A program made the translations under genes and the position numbers. Shown piece after piece: positions 38,101 through 48,195 of a stretch of DNA of 64,000 nt. Source of the DNA: a virus; the IMG/VR virus record IMGVR_UViG_3300021335_000011, positions 1 to 64,000 of that record. One strand, given 5' to 3'. Position 1 is the first letter of the stretch, and the number at the start of each line of letters is the position of its first letter. The notes under the pieces were generated by a model. It was not told where the DNA came from, searched no databases, and saw only the letters and a list, made by a program, of their open reading frames with translations.

Positions 38101-40172
38101 ATAGAGTTGTACAAGACGAAACTATCCGTCAAGTAATTGGCGATCGTGTAGTTAACATCGCTATCATTCCATTCATGAGATCTAAAAAGATCTTCTTTAA
38201 AGCAGAAGGTTTAGCACCTAATGTTCAGATGTGGGCAAGATTTGATGGTGTACCTGTAAATGACTGGGTACGTGCAGAATCTTTCCAAAGGTTTGCAGCT
38301 ACAGAAGCAGAATACGGTAATAGAACTAATAACATTACTCAACACCCTGAAAATCCATCTACATTATTTAGTAATGCTAATGGAGTCTTAGAAGGTTCAT
38401 TCTTTATTCCATCTCAGAGAACTGGACTAAGATTTAGAACTGGTGAACGTGAGTTCAAGCTTATGGATATTACTGGTATAAATGAGCGTGATGCGCTGTC
38501 AATTGCAAAAGAAACATTTGAAGCAAATGGCGTAATTGAAACACGTCAACGTGATATTTTATCAACTCGTCATATTACTGTACGTGGCCAAACATCAGTA
38601 CGTATTCACGATCCAGTTGCTCAGTCATTCTTTGTAGATAAGAAAGATGGTATCTATTTAACTCGACTAAGGTTATTCTTTGCATCAAAAGATAGCACAG
38701 TTCCTGTTCAAGTAGAAATTCGGCCTATGGTTAATGGACATCCATCATCTGATACTGTGTTGCCTGGTTCAATTAAATTTATGAATCCAGCAAATATTAT
38801 TACTACTAATGATGCAACTAGTCCATCAGATTTTGTATTTGACGAGCCAGTATTCTTACAACCATTTACTGAGTACGCATTTGTTGTAAAAGCTGAATCA
38901 ACTAATTATAACATTTACATCGCTGAGACAGAGCAGTTCTTCTTAAATTCAACTGAAAAGAAAATTACTAAACAGCCTACACTCGGTTCATTGTTCTTAT
39001 CGCAAAATTCTACTACATGGGAACCAGCACAAACAAAAGATGCTATGTTCAGACTTTTCCATGCACAGTTCGATACATCTGGTGCAACTGTAGTATTAGA
39101 AAATGCTCCAATATCTACTAAGCTCGCACCGACTAATCCAGTTATTTTTGATTCATCGAGCAGTCGTATTATTATTAATCAACCGAATCACGGCTTTACA
39201 GCTGGCGACGAAGTTTCTATAACTGGACTTGATTCTGCTACAAACTACGGACAGAATCTATTAGGTGAAGATGTAATGGGTGCAAGAACAATCATTGATG
39301 TTGATGAGGATAACTTTACATTTACCGCTGGCGGAAGTAAATCAAACAACGCTGGAAGATTCGCATTTGGTGGTAACGACGTAATCACAACTCGCAATAT
39401 AATGTTTGAAACAGTTGTACCGTTCCTTGAGCCGCTACAGCCGCAGAATACTGGGATTTCTCTTGCTGGTAAATTTACTTCTGGTAAATCCCATGCTGGC
39501 ACAGAAACTCCATTCTTAAAAGATGTAGTTGATGTAGATTTAGAATTAAGAGAAAATAACATATTTACAGTTCCAAAAATGATAGGAAATCGTGGTCTTG
39601 AAATTAGCAATTTGGGAGCAGCGGTTAAATCTGCTACATTATCTGTAGGATTATCAACAGCAAATCCAGATGTGTGTCCAATGCTTGATATGCAAAGAGC
39701 TTCAATGTTCTTAATTCATAACCATATTGATCAGCAAGATTCAGCAAATGCACCAGTTAGTGCACCACCACATAATACACCAATCTTCTTTGGAGATGAA
39801 ACAACTGTTACTTCTGGTAGCCATATTGGTAAACACGTAGTGCGACCAGTTACTCTCGAAGAAGCTGCTATTGGTTTAAAAATTCTTATCGGCGCGCATC
39901 GGCCATCAGTAGCAGATTTTGATCTTTACTACAAAGTTGCTAACGATGGAGAAAACTTCAACGATATTGTGTGGACAGAAATTGCTAAAGAAGAAAGTTT
40001 ACCATCTGATGAGAATCCTAATGTGTTTAGGGATTATAGATATTTAGTTGGTGGACAAAATGGTCTATCAGCATCATTTACTCGATTTACGATTAAGATT
40101 GTAATGAAGTCATTAAGCTCGGCAAAACCACCGATATTTAGAGATTTGCGAATCATCGCGATGGCGGTATAA
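35127..40172 (+). CDS. Large virion structural protein (VrlC/DUF4815-like)
   Basis: YKDDF..YHRILF..LQARELTQMQ, APGADRY, GFLVDNF and DPVAQSF. Confidence 0.85.
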   Translation: MPNTFTTSSFATTYKDDFKDSDHYHRILFNSGKQLQARELTQMQTIIQKEIERFGRNIFREGASVVPGGMTVNNKYEFIKIAASTNLPSDTSSMIGDTFTGQTSGVACKILEVIAATGSDPATIYVQYTNRSSVAISGAAIRMSPAENIVGASSGVTLTVQATNTSSNRAIGRGTKASMQTGTFFTQGHFVQADEQEVMISKYDSAPDENVGFVVNQDIVTVSDTLALYDNQGTLPNLTAPGADRYRIQLTLTTESEKDAADTFVFYGKIRDGLLIETVTGTDEYNKIAQFDAIKTKEINGDFIKKPFKIHYDSASGTEFNINISPGTAYVNGYRANKSDPTVIKVDKALTAVTLQNEPISAEFGNYVIINEVNGLPNIEDFESQDLRDDSGFGGATIGTARVKSVEEDGANWRYYLMDIQMNAGENFRNVKSLGTSATAFGNLELENTIAVIKDAANNNLLFGFPQSRVKSISDVVLTTQRRLTATADNNGNATFPGLGTNEAFENSNQWVFSRVAGGSFSPTSITGNGTQAASITGAPANTAIEVIAQVQKTGILRNKVLTETTITSTVNTPATGAPFVSLGKADVYSVDRIRAVDSDGADLFADFLADNGARDNFYDVGKIILKSNAKSPVGNIFVRFKYFDHTTPGHYFAANSYTGQLDYGDIPTHTLADGVTRIPLTDVIDFRSRKDDAGVGFSAGTARVNELPVNTSLITIDAEYYMPRFDKLVVDQEANLSIVTGAPSLTPQYAPTPQNTLELYRIEMNAGSKDEEDMVMRNIESKGFTMSDIQRLEERVDRLEEATALSLLEVDVNNLAVFDSAGNDRSKSGFLVDNFSDHSSSFTNNPEFRSSIDPLDRVLRPTFNEENVRLIYDSDLSTNAILKGDNVYIKYTEQTFIDQPEVSQTININPFAVITHQGNLTLSPSSDEWKETVYIAPRVINGGIRLNTNQAFLFNNWNWAWQGNNVNNLRLGQVTNSRTTRAGNRITTQRNRVVQDETIRQVIGDRVVNIAIIPFMRSKKIFFKAEGLAPNVQMWARFDGVPVNDWVRAESFQRFAATEAEYGNRTNNITQHPENPSTLFSNANGVLEGSFFIPSQRTGLRFRTGEREFKLMDITGINERDALSIAKETFEANGVIETRQRDILSTRHITVRGQTSVRIHDPVAQSFFVDKKDGIYLTRLRLFFASKDSTVPVQVEIRPMVNGHPSSDTVLPGSIKFMNPANIITTNDATSPSDFVFDEPVFLQPFTEYAFVVKAESTNYNIYIAETEQFFLNSTEKKITKQPTLGSLFLSQNSTTWEPAQTKDAMFRLFHAQFDTSGATVVLENAPISTKLAPTNPVIFDSSSSRIIINQPNHGFTAGDEVSITGLDSATNYGQNLLGEDVMGARTIIDVDEDNFTFTAGGSKSNNAGRFAFGGNDVITTRNIMFETVVPFLEPLQPQNTGISLAGKFTSGKSHAGTETPFLKDVVDVDLELRENNIFTVPKMIGNRGLEISNLGAAVKSATLSVGLSTANPDVCPMLDMQRASMFLIHNHIDQQDSANAPVSAPPHNTPIFFGDETTVTSGSHIGKHVVRPVTLEEAAIGLKILIGAHRPSVADFDLYYKVANDGENFNDIVWTEIAKEESLPSDENPNVFRDYRYLVGGQNGLSASFTRFTIKIVMKSLSSAKPPIFRDLRIIAMAV

Positions 40173-40378
40173 TGAGAAAGTTTGCAAAGGTAGAAGGATC
40201 ACAGACTTTAGTAAGAGACCTAAATACAGGTGCTATACTAAATACAGATAAATCTACTCTCGACAAAGCAAGGGAAGCAAAAGCTTTAAGGCAAAAGAAA
40301 AATCAAGAATTTGACGAACTTAAAGGTGAAGTCAAAGAAATGAAAGAAATGTTAACTAAACTGATAGAGAAACTATAA
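40172..40378 (+). CDS. Small coiled-coil protein
   Basis: LVRDLNTGAILN, a type of gene I recall following VrlC-like genes in marine T4-like phages. Confidence 0.7.
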   Translation: MRKFAKVEGSQTLVRDLNTGAILNTDKSTLDKAREAKALRQKKNQEFDELKGEVKEMKEMLTKLIEKL

Positions 40379-40932
40379 TGGCACGTTTTATACAAGTCAG
40401 CTTAACTAATCCTATAGGAACATGGGTTCAAAAGACAAATGCACTAAGCGGATTTGTAGGTGATCTTGATGATCTAAATCCAGCAATTAGACAAATTGTT
40501 CCAGCTGTTGACTCCAATGTAGTTACAGTTTTAAACTACCTTGATTCATCTCTTTCACAGATGCAAGATAGTGTGAATATGGAATATATGAAACTGGATT
40601 CAGGTGATTTCGGTTTAATTCGGGTTGATAGCGCTATTATTGGTTACTTGCAAGTAGATAGCGGATACTTTGGGTATCTACAAGCTAACAGCGCAGACAT
40701 CACTTATCTTACTGCAGATAGCGCAACAATTAATGGTGAATTAAGAGTAGAGCGATTAGTTGTATTTGGCACAGATTCTAACAATTCTGTAGTTTTACCG
40801 TATGGTGCTATAGATAGTGCAGAGATCCATGATAGCGCTGTAAGATCTAGACATTTCCAGAACTTAGTAACGACTCTTATTCTAGATTCTCAAGGACAAA
40901 CATTAAAGACAATATTCTCACCAGGTAAATAG
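40378..40932 (+). CDS. Fibre-like structural protein with 10-aa DS repeats
   Basis: KLDSGDFGLI/RVDSAIIGYL/QVDSGYFGYL/QANSADITYL/TADSATINGE. Confidence 0.65.
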   Translation: MARFIQVSLTNPIGTWVQKTNALSGFVGDLDDLNPAIRQIVPAVDSNVVTVLNYLDSSLSQMQDSVNMEYMKLDSGDFGLIRVDSAIIGYLQVDSGYFGYLQANSADITYLTADSATINGELRVERLVVFGTDSNNSVVLPYGAIDSAEIHDSAVRSRHFQNLVTTLILDSQGQTLKTIFSPGK

Positions 40933-40935
40933 ATT

Positions 40936-42192
40936 ATGACATTACGAAGACCTTTATATTATACTGATAGCGGCAATATCAAAGAAATGAGTGATATTGA
41001 ATTAGCTGATGTGCATGCTGAAGCAAAAAGATTCTATTTGAACAATCCACCAGTACAATTAACAGTTGTTAATAGCGGAGGTAATCTAGGCGGCATTAAC
41101 CAACGTCAAGTTATTGCTGGCGCGGCCACGAATAATTCAAGGCGTTTTTCTAGTAATAGTCCTGGAAATATTAGTGTTCAAACAATGACATATTCTAGGA
41201 TTCATGAAACTAAAGCTACGCCACCGTTTGGAGCTAATGGAAATTTTGATCTTACTACACTTAAAGGTAATTTAGGTACTAATTGGCCTGTATATTATAA
41301 TGATAGCGGTAATTTTGAACCATTTACTGATTCAGATTTTATAGATACGTTTGCAAACCCTGTTATCCAAGAGCTTGGTGCAGCTAATACTGATCCATTA
41401 TATGTTATTGGAGAAAGTTCTGGCGTTGTTAGTGGTAGATATACTAAAGTTTCTAATACTCCAGTATACACAGATCTTATTGCAAATATAGCAGCGTATA
41501 CTTCAGGTTCTTTACCAGAAACTAAAAAACAAAGTATAACAGTTCAAAACTGGTATTTGTGGAAATTAAAAAGTAATAGAACAGGTCAAGTGTTTATCGA
41601 TGTTGCTTATAGAGATTCAGCATATAATAGGCCAGTTTTAGGTACAGGCTTTGAGGTTGATTTAGAAAAAAGACCAGGTAGTACTTACATACATTCTATT
41701 AGATCTCCAGGTAGTGGATATGTAATCTCAGATAATTTTATTGTTACTGGCAATAAACTAGGTGGTAAATCACCTGAAAATGATTGGCATTATTATGTTG
41801 ATGCAATTGATTCTTTTGGTGGTGTAACTAATTTATTACCTCATCCATTTAATAATGGTATAGGTAATCGCTATAATCAACCGTTAACTCATACAGATAG
41901 TAGTAGTACACCTCTTGGAGTTCATCTTAGATCTATGAAGAAAACTGATTTTGAAACAATGGTAAATAGTGCTTTGACACATCAAGCAACGACAGAACCA
42001 GGCCAAATGATAGAATTTAAATGGAATCAGGGTGCACAAGTTGGAACTACTATCATTGACACACGTTATACTAATGCGACATCAAATCAACGAGATGAAC
42101 AAGATGCCGATAACTATAGGTCACAGAGAGTGCCAACAGGTGGAAACTTACAAGACGTAGACACGCATTACTTAGGAGTACGAATATTATGA
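40936..42192 (+). CDS. Putative structural protein
   Basis: Located in the late operon, with an internal repeat PLYYTDSGN/PVYYNDSGN. Confidence 0.6.
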   Translation: MTLRRPLYYTDSGNIKEMSDIELADVHAEAKRFYLNNPPVQLTVVNSGGNLGGINQRQVIAGAATNNSRRFSSNSPGNISVQTMTYSRIHETKATPPFGANGNFDLTTLKGNLGTNWPVYYNDSGNFEPFTDSDFIDTFANPVIQELGAANTDPLYVIGESSGVVSGRYTKVSNTPVYTDLIANIAAYTSGSLPETKKQSITVQNWYLWKLKSNRTGQVFIDVAYRDSAYNRPVLGTGFEVDLEKRPGSTYIHSIRSPGSGYVISDNFIVTGNKLGGKSPENDWHYYVDAIDSFGGVTNLLPHPFNNGIGNRYNQPLTHTDSSSTPLGVHLRSMKKTDFETMVNSALTHQATTEPGQMIEFKWNQGAQVGTTIIDTRYTNATSNQRDEQDADNYRSQRVPTGGNLQDVDTHYLGVRIL

Positions 42193-42689
42193 GTATTCAA
42201 ATTACAGAAGCTAACTTAGTTAGCGCAGTATTTATGGATGATGAAGGCAGTTTAATACAAGCAGTTGTTTTAGGTGAAGACGGCTCAAATAATTCATTAA
42301 TTATTAGAACAGATCCTGAAGATTATTTGTTTCAACAATTAATGTTGGTATGTTCAGTGGATCAAATTAATGAATGGTCAGATGAATTTTATGCAATACA
42401 AAGACAGGACATTGAAAATTATCAGCTAAGATTAATAGAAGCTGGTGATGTAAGTTATATGCGGGCAACTGGTGCCGACGACAATGCTAGACTTATGTCA
42501 GAAGTTGCAACTATGCTATTTCAATATGACACTATTAATACCGAACATATTGAAAAGTTATTTAATCTTAAATTAGAAATGTTTGAATTAGCTGCAGTTA
42601 CCAATGCAACAGATGAACAGCGAGAAAGCCTTCGTGAAGCTGAAACTCCTATGGCTGCTATTCATATACTACATGGTATAATGCAGTAA
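42189..42689 (+). CDS. Hypothetical acidic protein
   Basis: AGGAG RBS, last plus-strand gene of the operon. Confidence 0.6.
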   Translation: MSIQITEANLVSAVFMDDEGSLIQAVVLGEDGSNNSLIIRTDPEDYLFQQLMLVCSVDQINEWSDEFYAIQRQDIENYQLRLIEAGDVSYMRATGADDNARLMSEVATMLFQYDTINTEHIEKLFNLKLEMFELAAVTNATDEQRESLREAETPMAAIHILHGIMQ

Positions 42690-43277
42690 TTTAACATCTG
42701 GATTAAATCCATCTAAATAAAAATATTTTCCTGGGTATTTAAGGTTTATTTGAGCTAACCAATCTTTGGTTGGTTCATCTACCCATCTGCCTGTCCAAGT
42801 ATCAGGTACAAATTTAAGATCTAAGTGTTTTTTAACCATGTATTCTACATAGTTTTCTTCTCCGTTTACTGGACCAGGTTTTGCGCCAATATCTATCCAA
42901 TGATTTTCGTATTTTTGTTTATTAGCTATAAACTCATCGTAAATATATTTAGTATCTGAAGGATAAAACTTATAAAAACCCCCGTTTAATTCACATTGCG
43001 AATCTTCCCACCAAGATCTTATACTTAGAAATTCTCCTCTTTTAATTGGGTATTCTAATAATTCCATATAGTTGTTTATTAAATCAATATCAATATCAAG
43101 TACAATAATTGGTTCATCAGACTTTTCTTTAAAAAAATTTAATTTATTCCATTGGAGTTTTAGACCATTATTTTCAGTATGTAGTACATGTAATCGATCA
43201 ATCTTTTCAATAAGATTTATTTCATAATCAAATCCATACTTATCACCAATGCGACACGTGTATACATCTAAACCCAT
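42669..43277 (-). CDS. GT-A fold glycosyltransferase-like protein
   Basis: CRIGDKYG, WNKLNFF, LDIDID and NGGFY. Confidence 0.65.
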   Translation of the reverse strand: MGLDVYTCRIGDKYGFDYEINLIEKIDRLHVLHTENNGLKLQWNKLNFFKEKSDEPIIVLDIDIDLINNYMELLEYPIKRGEFLSIRSWWEDSQCELNGGFYKFYPSDTKYIYDEFIANKQKYENHWIDIGAKPGPVNGEENYVEYMVKKHLDLKFVPDTWTGRWVDEPTKDWLAQINLKYPGKYFYLDGFNPDVKLLHYTM

Positions 43278-44038
43278 AGTTTTTTTACCTGCTCAAATAG
43301 CTTTGCTGCATCATGTAATTCAAAATTAGTTGCGTCGTACTGATCAGTATTAAATACACACATAATTTTATCTTCTCTAATTTTATGTTTCGTTAAGTCA
43401 TCAGGCCATTCACATCCTCTATTAAAACTATAGTACATTGAAGATGGTACGAAGTCAAACAAATCTAAATGCCTTTGACTAATAAAATTGTCTGTACCAC
43501 CAGTAAATAAATGGTATATACGTTCGGCATATATCAGTGCGTCAATCCATATAAGTGCTAATTGCTTATCTTCCCACATATAGAATCCGCCATTATTATG
43601 CGCTCCTCTTCTATGTTTCCAATCAGGCCGTTTTTCGTATTCTCTATTATGCCACCACGATCTGCCAGTTAGGGGTTTATCGAATAAGTCGAGTAAGGGA
43701 GTCATATCATTATGTATGATCATATCTAGATCTAGCGCGATTCTCGTTCCTTTTAACCCCCAACCGTTAGGTTTAAAGTAATTAAGTTTTGGCCTATCCC
43801 ATAATCTTGGTAGACCATTTCTCCAATTATTAGATGCAAACATTTCTTGCGGAGTAGATTCTGGTAAGTCGGTTAAAAAAGGTAAAACTTCAATATCACT
43901 ATCAAGACCATGAGTATTTTCAGTCTGACAATAAAACTTATGTTTTGTTGGTAAGTGCCGTTTAACCATAGTCTTTAATCTATTAGCATATTCAGGGCCG
44001 TACTTATCACCCCACTTACTACATAAAACATGAATCAT
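43268..44038 (-). CDS. GT-A fold glycosyltransferase-like protein
   Basis: CSKWGDKYGPEY, LDLDMII and NGGFYMW. Confidence 0.7.
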   Translation of the reverse strand: MIHVLCSKWGDKYGPEYANRLKTMVKRHLPTKHKFYCQTENTHGLDSDIEVLPFLTDLPESTPQEMFASNNWRNGLPRLWDRPKLNYFKPNGWGLKGTRIALDLDMIIHNDMTPLLDLFDKPLTGRSWWHNREYEKRPDWKHRRGAHNNGGFYMWEDKQLALIWIDALIYAERIYHLFTGGTDNFISQRHLDLFDFVPSSMYYSFNRGCEWPDDLTKHKIREDKIMCVFNTDQYDATNFELHDAAKLFEQVKKLWV

Positions 44039-44655
44039 TGTCGACCTATAATCATAAATCTTTTACAGTCATTATAATTATCAAATGGTTTTTCACCCTG
44101 ATAATACACATCAGTAATAGCAGTTTGTTCTTTAAATTCTTCTAAGCTATGTGCACAATTTACGTGTGCATCTTCTTGAGTAAAATCATTTGATTGAAAT
44201 GCGCATAAGCCTTCAAAGTTTATATCTTTCATATGCCACATATGTTCGCATGAAGTATTGATTATAATATCTGCTTTCATATCTCTTATATCAAAACTAA
44301 TATCTTTTACTTCAGTCGTAATATCTTTATTCATCCATTTTGCTATTTTCATAGCTTCGATATCGTAGTCAATAAGATGTATATTTGATATATCAGTTAA
44401 ATAATATTTTAATAACGGTACTAAAACGGTGCCATACCATGATCCTAAAACTACAATCTTTTTATTTTTAATAGATGCAGCTGGAGACATAGATAATTGT
44501 TCTACTAACCATGATTTAGCCATAACTTGATTTTGAGAAAATGATTTCGCAAAGTCTTTTATCCTATGTGGATAATAATGATTTATATGTAGCATTGCAT
44601 TTGAAAATTCCCAAAACGGAATAGGAAATTTATGCATTGTTCGTGTAGTACTCAA
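44035..44655 (-). CDS. SAM-dependent methyltransferase-like protein
   Basis: IVVLGSWYG, LIDYD and IINTSCEH. Confidence 0.65.
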   Translation of the reverse strand: MSTTRTMHKFPIPFWEFSNAMLHINHYYPHRIKDFAKSFSQNQVMAKSWLVEQLSMSPAASIKNKKIVVLGSWYGTVLVPLLKYYLTDISNIHLIDYDIEAMKIAKWMNKDITTEVKDISFDIRDMKADIIINTSCEHMWHMKDINFEGLCAFQSNDFTQEDAHVNCAHSLEEFKEQTAITDVYYQGEKPFDNYNDCKRFMIIGRQ

Positions 44656-45400
44656 AACTTTCTTTTCCTAATACTTGACCATTTACATTACAACTTAAAC
44701 ACGGACTCATATCTCTACGATTTTTAGCTAACATATTTCGATATGAGTTCATATAACTAGATTCCCAAATTTTATGTATAGGTTCTCTGTTTACATTACC
44801 CATAACTTTAGATACATTCCAATCATTACTACATAACCCGACATCGCCATTCCAATTTATAAACATTTTGTAAAACGGTAAAAAACATGCTTTGTTAATT
44901 TTTAATGATTTTGGTTTTTTCCATAAATCATTTCTATTAACTTCAACTTCTGTAGGCAGTCCATCATAATAATGTTTATAGATTCTTTCTATATCATATT
45001 GTTGTAAAAAAGACTCATAATGTTCTGTCATATCTGCATCATACATTGATACTTTTATGCAATTTATACCCGCGTTGACAAGCCCGCGACTTAAATTAGG
45101 TGTTAAATAATCACCATTAGTTATAAGTTTTATCTGTTTAAATTGTACACTATTTTTAAGAGTTTGTACATAGTTAATTATCTTTTTATGCAATAAAGGT
45201 TCTCCAAAACCAGCTAAGGTTATGGTTCCTGTATAATTAATTTCTCTAAGTGCTGATGAAATAGAGTCAATTGTTTTATGACTCATTTGATTTTTTGTAT
45301 TTTCGAAACCTACTCCGCGAGGGCAAAAACTGCAGGTACGATTGCATATATCAATGAGATTAAGTTCTACTGAAGAAAGCGTGTTCTTTGTCAAGTGCAC
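44630..45400 (-). CDS. Radical SAM protein with a SPASM/twitch domain
   Basis: CNRTCSFC (CxxxCxxC), GFGEPLLH, ITNG and C-terminal CFLPF..CSND..CLSC. Confidence 0.9.
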   Translation of the reverse strand: MHLTKNTLSSVELNLIDICNRTCSFCPRGVGFENTKNQMSHKTIDSISSALREINYTGTITLAGFGEPLLHKKIINYVQTLKNSVQFKQIKLITNGDYLTPNLSRGLVNAGINCIKVSMYDADMTEHYESFLQQYDIERIYKHYYDGLPTEVEVNRNDLWKKPKSLKINKACFLPFYKMFINWNGDVGLCSNDWNVSKVMGNVNREPIHKIWESSYMNSYRNMLAKNRRDMSPCLSCNVNGQVLGKESFEYYTNNA

Positions 45401-46238
45401 TTTTTGTTACCATACTACGATTTATCAATGACATCCGAGCATGATCATCAAACTCTTTTAGATGATAATGTCGAATAAACTTTTCATAATTTTTTATCAA
45501 CACGTAATTAGAGTGTGACTCTATACAATTATAATTCTTTTCTATATATGCTTTAGTTTGATTCATTCTTTTTACATGATGTGGTATTTCATCGAGTATA
45601 GAAACTAAGTTGCGAGTCATACCACCTATGCATACTTGTGCGGGTCTCAAGTTTTGTATTTCATTTATAATAGGCTCATGACCAATGGCCCATCCGAATC
45701 GAGCTCCAGGTAATGCAATAGATTTACTTAACGTTTTTAATATAAGTAATTTACTTGAACCTAGTTTTCTCTCGGGCATATCACAAAAATCGCCATAGGC
45801 TTCATCAACGATAACTAATTTGTGTTTATCTAATAATTTATCGTATGATTCTAATCTTGTACCATTAGTGCCGTGCGGGTTACTTACATAACAGACATCA
45901 TCACCATGCGGTATGTTATATAATTTTTGTATCATATGGATTGGTTTCCATGAATTATGATGTGATGTCATAGATAATCCGCGTTCTTTGATGATTAAAC
46001 CAATACGCATTATTAATTCACTTAATCCTAAACCAATTGCAATTTGACGAGTATTTACTGAATGATAGTCTGCTAATATATTATAACATCTACTAGTATC
46101 AACATAGCTATTTAAGTCAAATTCCCATATAGGGTTTGCTGCATCAAAACATACATTTGTTGATAAATCAATCTTATAATCGTGATGATATTGATCTTCA
46201 TCCCAAGCTGGTCTTAAGCCCAGATTTTTTGTATCCAT
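45360..46238 (-). CDS. Class I/II PLP-dependent enzyme (HisC/CobD-like)
   Basis: SNPHGTNG, VIVDEAYGDF and KTLSKSIALPGARFGW. Confidence 0.85.
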   Translation of the reverse strand: MDTKNLGLRPAWDEDQYHHDYKIDLSTNVCFDAANPIWEFDLNSYVDTSRCYNILADYHSVNTRQIAIGLGLSELIMRIGLIIKERGLSMTSHHNSWKPIHMIQKLYNIPHGDDVCYVSNPHGTNGTRLESYDKLLDKHKLVIVDEAYGDFCDMPERKLGSSKLLILKTLSKSIALPGARFGWAIGHEPIINEIQNLRPAQVCIGGMTRNLVSILDEIPHHVKRMNQTKAYIEKNYNCIESHSNYVLIKNYEKFIRHYHLKEFDDHARMSLINRSMVTKSALDKEHAFFSRT

Positions 46239-46828
46239 TTTTCTTCTCTTAATTCATCTTGCTTCTTTTCTAAGAATATATGAATTTGATCTAATGGTTT
46301 ATCATAGAGTAAGAAATCTTTTGGAAACCTGTGTTCTATGAATGAATCAATACCAGTAAAAATACTCGTTATTTTTTCTTTGTTGTTTATAAAATATTCC
46401 CATATATGGTGTCGCTGTGTATCTTTATTCCACATTAATACCGAAGAATTAATAGAACAATAACGTTGAGTATTGCCAATTGTATCTTTTTTTAACTGAC
46501 TTAAATCTACCCAATCTGTGTGTATAAATTTCATATGTTTACCAGGATTGTAAAAATTGTTTATATCACCTTTAACAAGAATATCTAAATCAAAAAATAT
46601 ACCTGATTCTATAAAACTTTCGTCAAATAAAACCATTTTTGCCCACCATTTTTCTAATCCATAGTCAGGCATTTTAATAGTACGTATATACGAGGGCAAT
46701 GTAGAAGTATCATCAGTGATACAATATAATTTGTAATGTCTGTCATAGCATTGAGAGATCATACTCTCTAACTTAATTACAAATTCATCAGTATACCGAG
46801 TGCCTACCTTCACGCAATAAAAATTCAT
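46214..46828 (-). CDS. GT-A fold glycosyltransferase-like protein
   Basis: CVKVGTRY, WWAKMVLF, FFDLDIL and INSSVLMW. Confidence 0.7.
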   Translation of the reverse strand: MNFYCVKVGTRYTDEFVIKLESMISQCYDRHYKLYCITDDTSTLPSYIRTIKMPDYGLEKWWAKMVLFDESFIESGIFFDLDILVKGDINNFYNPGKHMKFIHTDWVDLSQLKKDTIGNTQRYCSINSSVLMWNKDTQRHHIWEYFINNKEKITSIFTGIDSFIEHRFPKDFLLYDKPLDQIHIFLEKKQDELREEKWIQKIWA

Positions 46829-47426
46829 ATCTGTCTAACCATAAATCTGAGTGTTTAGTATTGCTATATTTATCGTGTAGTGGAACTCCATCTGTAAAAT
46901 GAATACCTTTAGGATTATTGAAATCATAATAACCCTCGAGCGTATTCCATTCTAAAGGCAAATTGCCAATGTGTTTATCATCTAACCAACGGAATTGATG
47001 AAAAAATAGTGGATCTTCGGTACTTAAAGTATACGGAGTTAAAACTTTATTTGCAGGATGAGAACAATTCCATAGCATTAATGATGACCAATTCTTTCTT
47101 TTATACGTGGTCTGCTCTTGGCCAACCATTTTAAGTTTAGATTTCGGTCTATAGTTAGGATGTTTTGCTACACACACTGCATATTTTGAATCTGCATAAT
47201 GTAATAGTTTTCTCAGATCATCTGTAAAATAAAAGTCTGAGTCACAAAATACATGCCAGCCGTCGTACTTCATCATATATGGAACCATGAATCGTGACAT
47301 AGTAAAGGCTGTAGAACCTTTTCTTAAAAACATATTTTGTGTTGGTATAGATTCAACTGACACTGTTGATTCACATACAAGATATTGATCTACGAGATCA
47401 TCATCCCATCCGATTACGCATTTCAT
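46788..47426 (-). CDS. Glycosyltransferase (CDI/GT8-like)
   Basis: FTMSRFMVP, FCDSDF, RKNWSSLMLWNC and HFTDG. Confidence 0.8.
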   Translation of the reverse strand: MKCVIGWDDDLVDQYLVCESTVSVESIPTQNMFLRKGSTAFTMSRFMVPYMMKYDGWHVFCDSDFYFTDDLRKLLHYADSKYAVCVAKHPNYRPKSKLKMVGQEQTTYKRKNWSSLMLWNCSHPANKVLTPYTLSTEDPLFFHQFRWLDDKHIGNLPLEWNTLEGYYDFNNPKGIHFTDGVPLHDKYSNTKHSDLWLDRYEFLLREGRHSVY

Positions 47427-48195
47427 CTTTTAAATCACCTGTATCAATGTTTGTTACACCAGTAAAATATTTTTGTACTATCTTATTATCTTCATAGTGA
47501 CTAACGTTATATGTTAATCCTAAATTTCCATTACCTAATAGTACTGGTCTCATTTCGTTCCCTAAAAACATTTCTAATTTTGGTTTCGAAACAAGTAATA
47601 TCGGTGTACCTGTTAATATTGCTAAACACATAAGCGTAGTTCTTTCGGTAACTACAAACTTAGCATGTATCATACAATTAACTATATCTTCCCATTTATC
47701 GCTATAGCTAAATTCTCTAATATTGTGCTCGTTAATACCATCAAGCTGGATACCTCTTACTTGAGCAGTATATTGATCGAACCCCTTAGACTCTGCTTTA
47801 TATACAGCAATATAGTCTTTATCACCTTTCCATTGTTTTTTAAATGGCCAAATGGATGTCCATGTTTCTATATCAGAAAATGGGACATTATCTACTTCAA
47901 AGATTGTATAATCAACTACGAAATCTGGTTTAGTAAAACTATTAATTAAGTATACTAATCTTTCTAGATTTGTTTCTTTATCTTTATCTTTGAATTTACC
48001 AAGTTTTTTTGAATCTACAATTATACGTATAGACCAAACGCTGATTTTAGAAATTTCATTTAACTTTTGGGCTTTAGTTAGTGATGCAGATAATTGGCCT
48101 GCAGAAACATTAAGATCCCACAGTTCTCGCATAATAATTGTGTCGTGATAAGGAGCGTGCGAAGGGTGGTAATTAACTGAGTAAATTTTCTTCAT
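47401..48195 (-). CDS. Hypothetical protein, possibly GT-B (GT9-like)
   Basis: C-terminal HAKFVVTERTTLMCLAILTGTPILLV resembles the GT9 nucleotide-binding region. Weak match. Confidence 0.4.
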   Translation of the reverse strand: MKKIYSVNYHPSHAPYHDTIIMRELWDLNVSAGQLSASLTKAQKLNEISKISVWSIRIIVDSKKLGKFKDKDKETNLERLVYLINSFTKPDFVVDYTIFEVDNVPFSDIETWTSIWPFKKQWKGDKDYIAVYKAESKGFDQYTAQVRGIQLDGINEHNIREFSYSDKWEDIVNCMIHAKFVVTERTTLMCLAILTGTPILLVSKPKLEMFLGNEMRPVLLGNGNLGLTYNVSHYEDNKIVQKYFTGVTNIDTGDLKDEMRNRMG

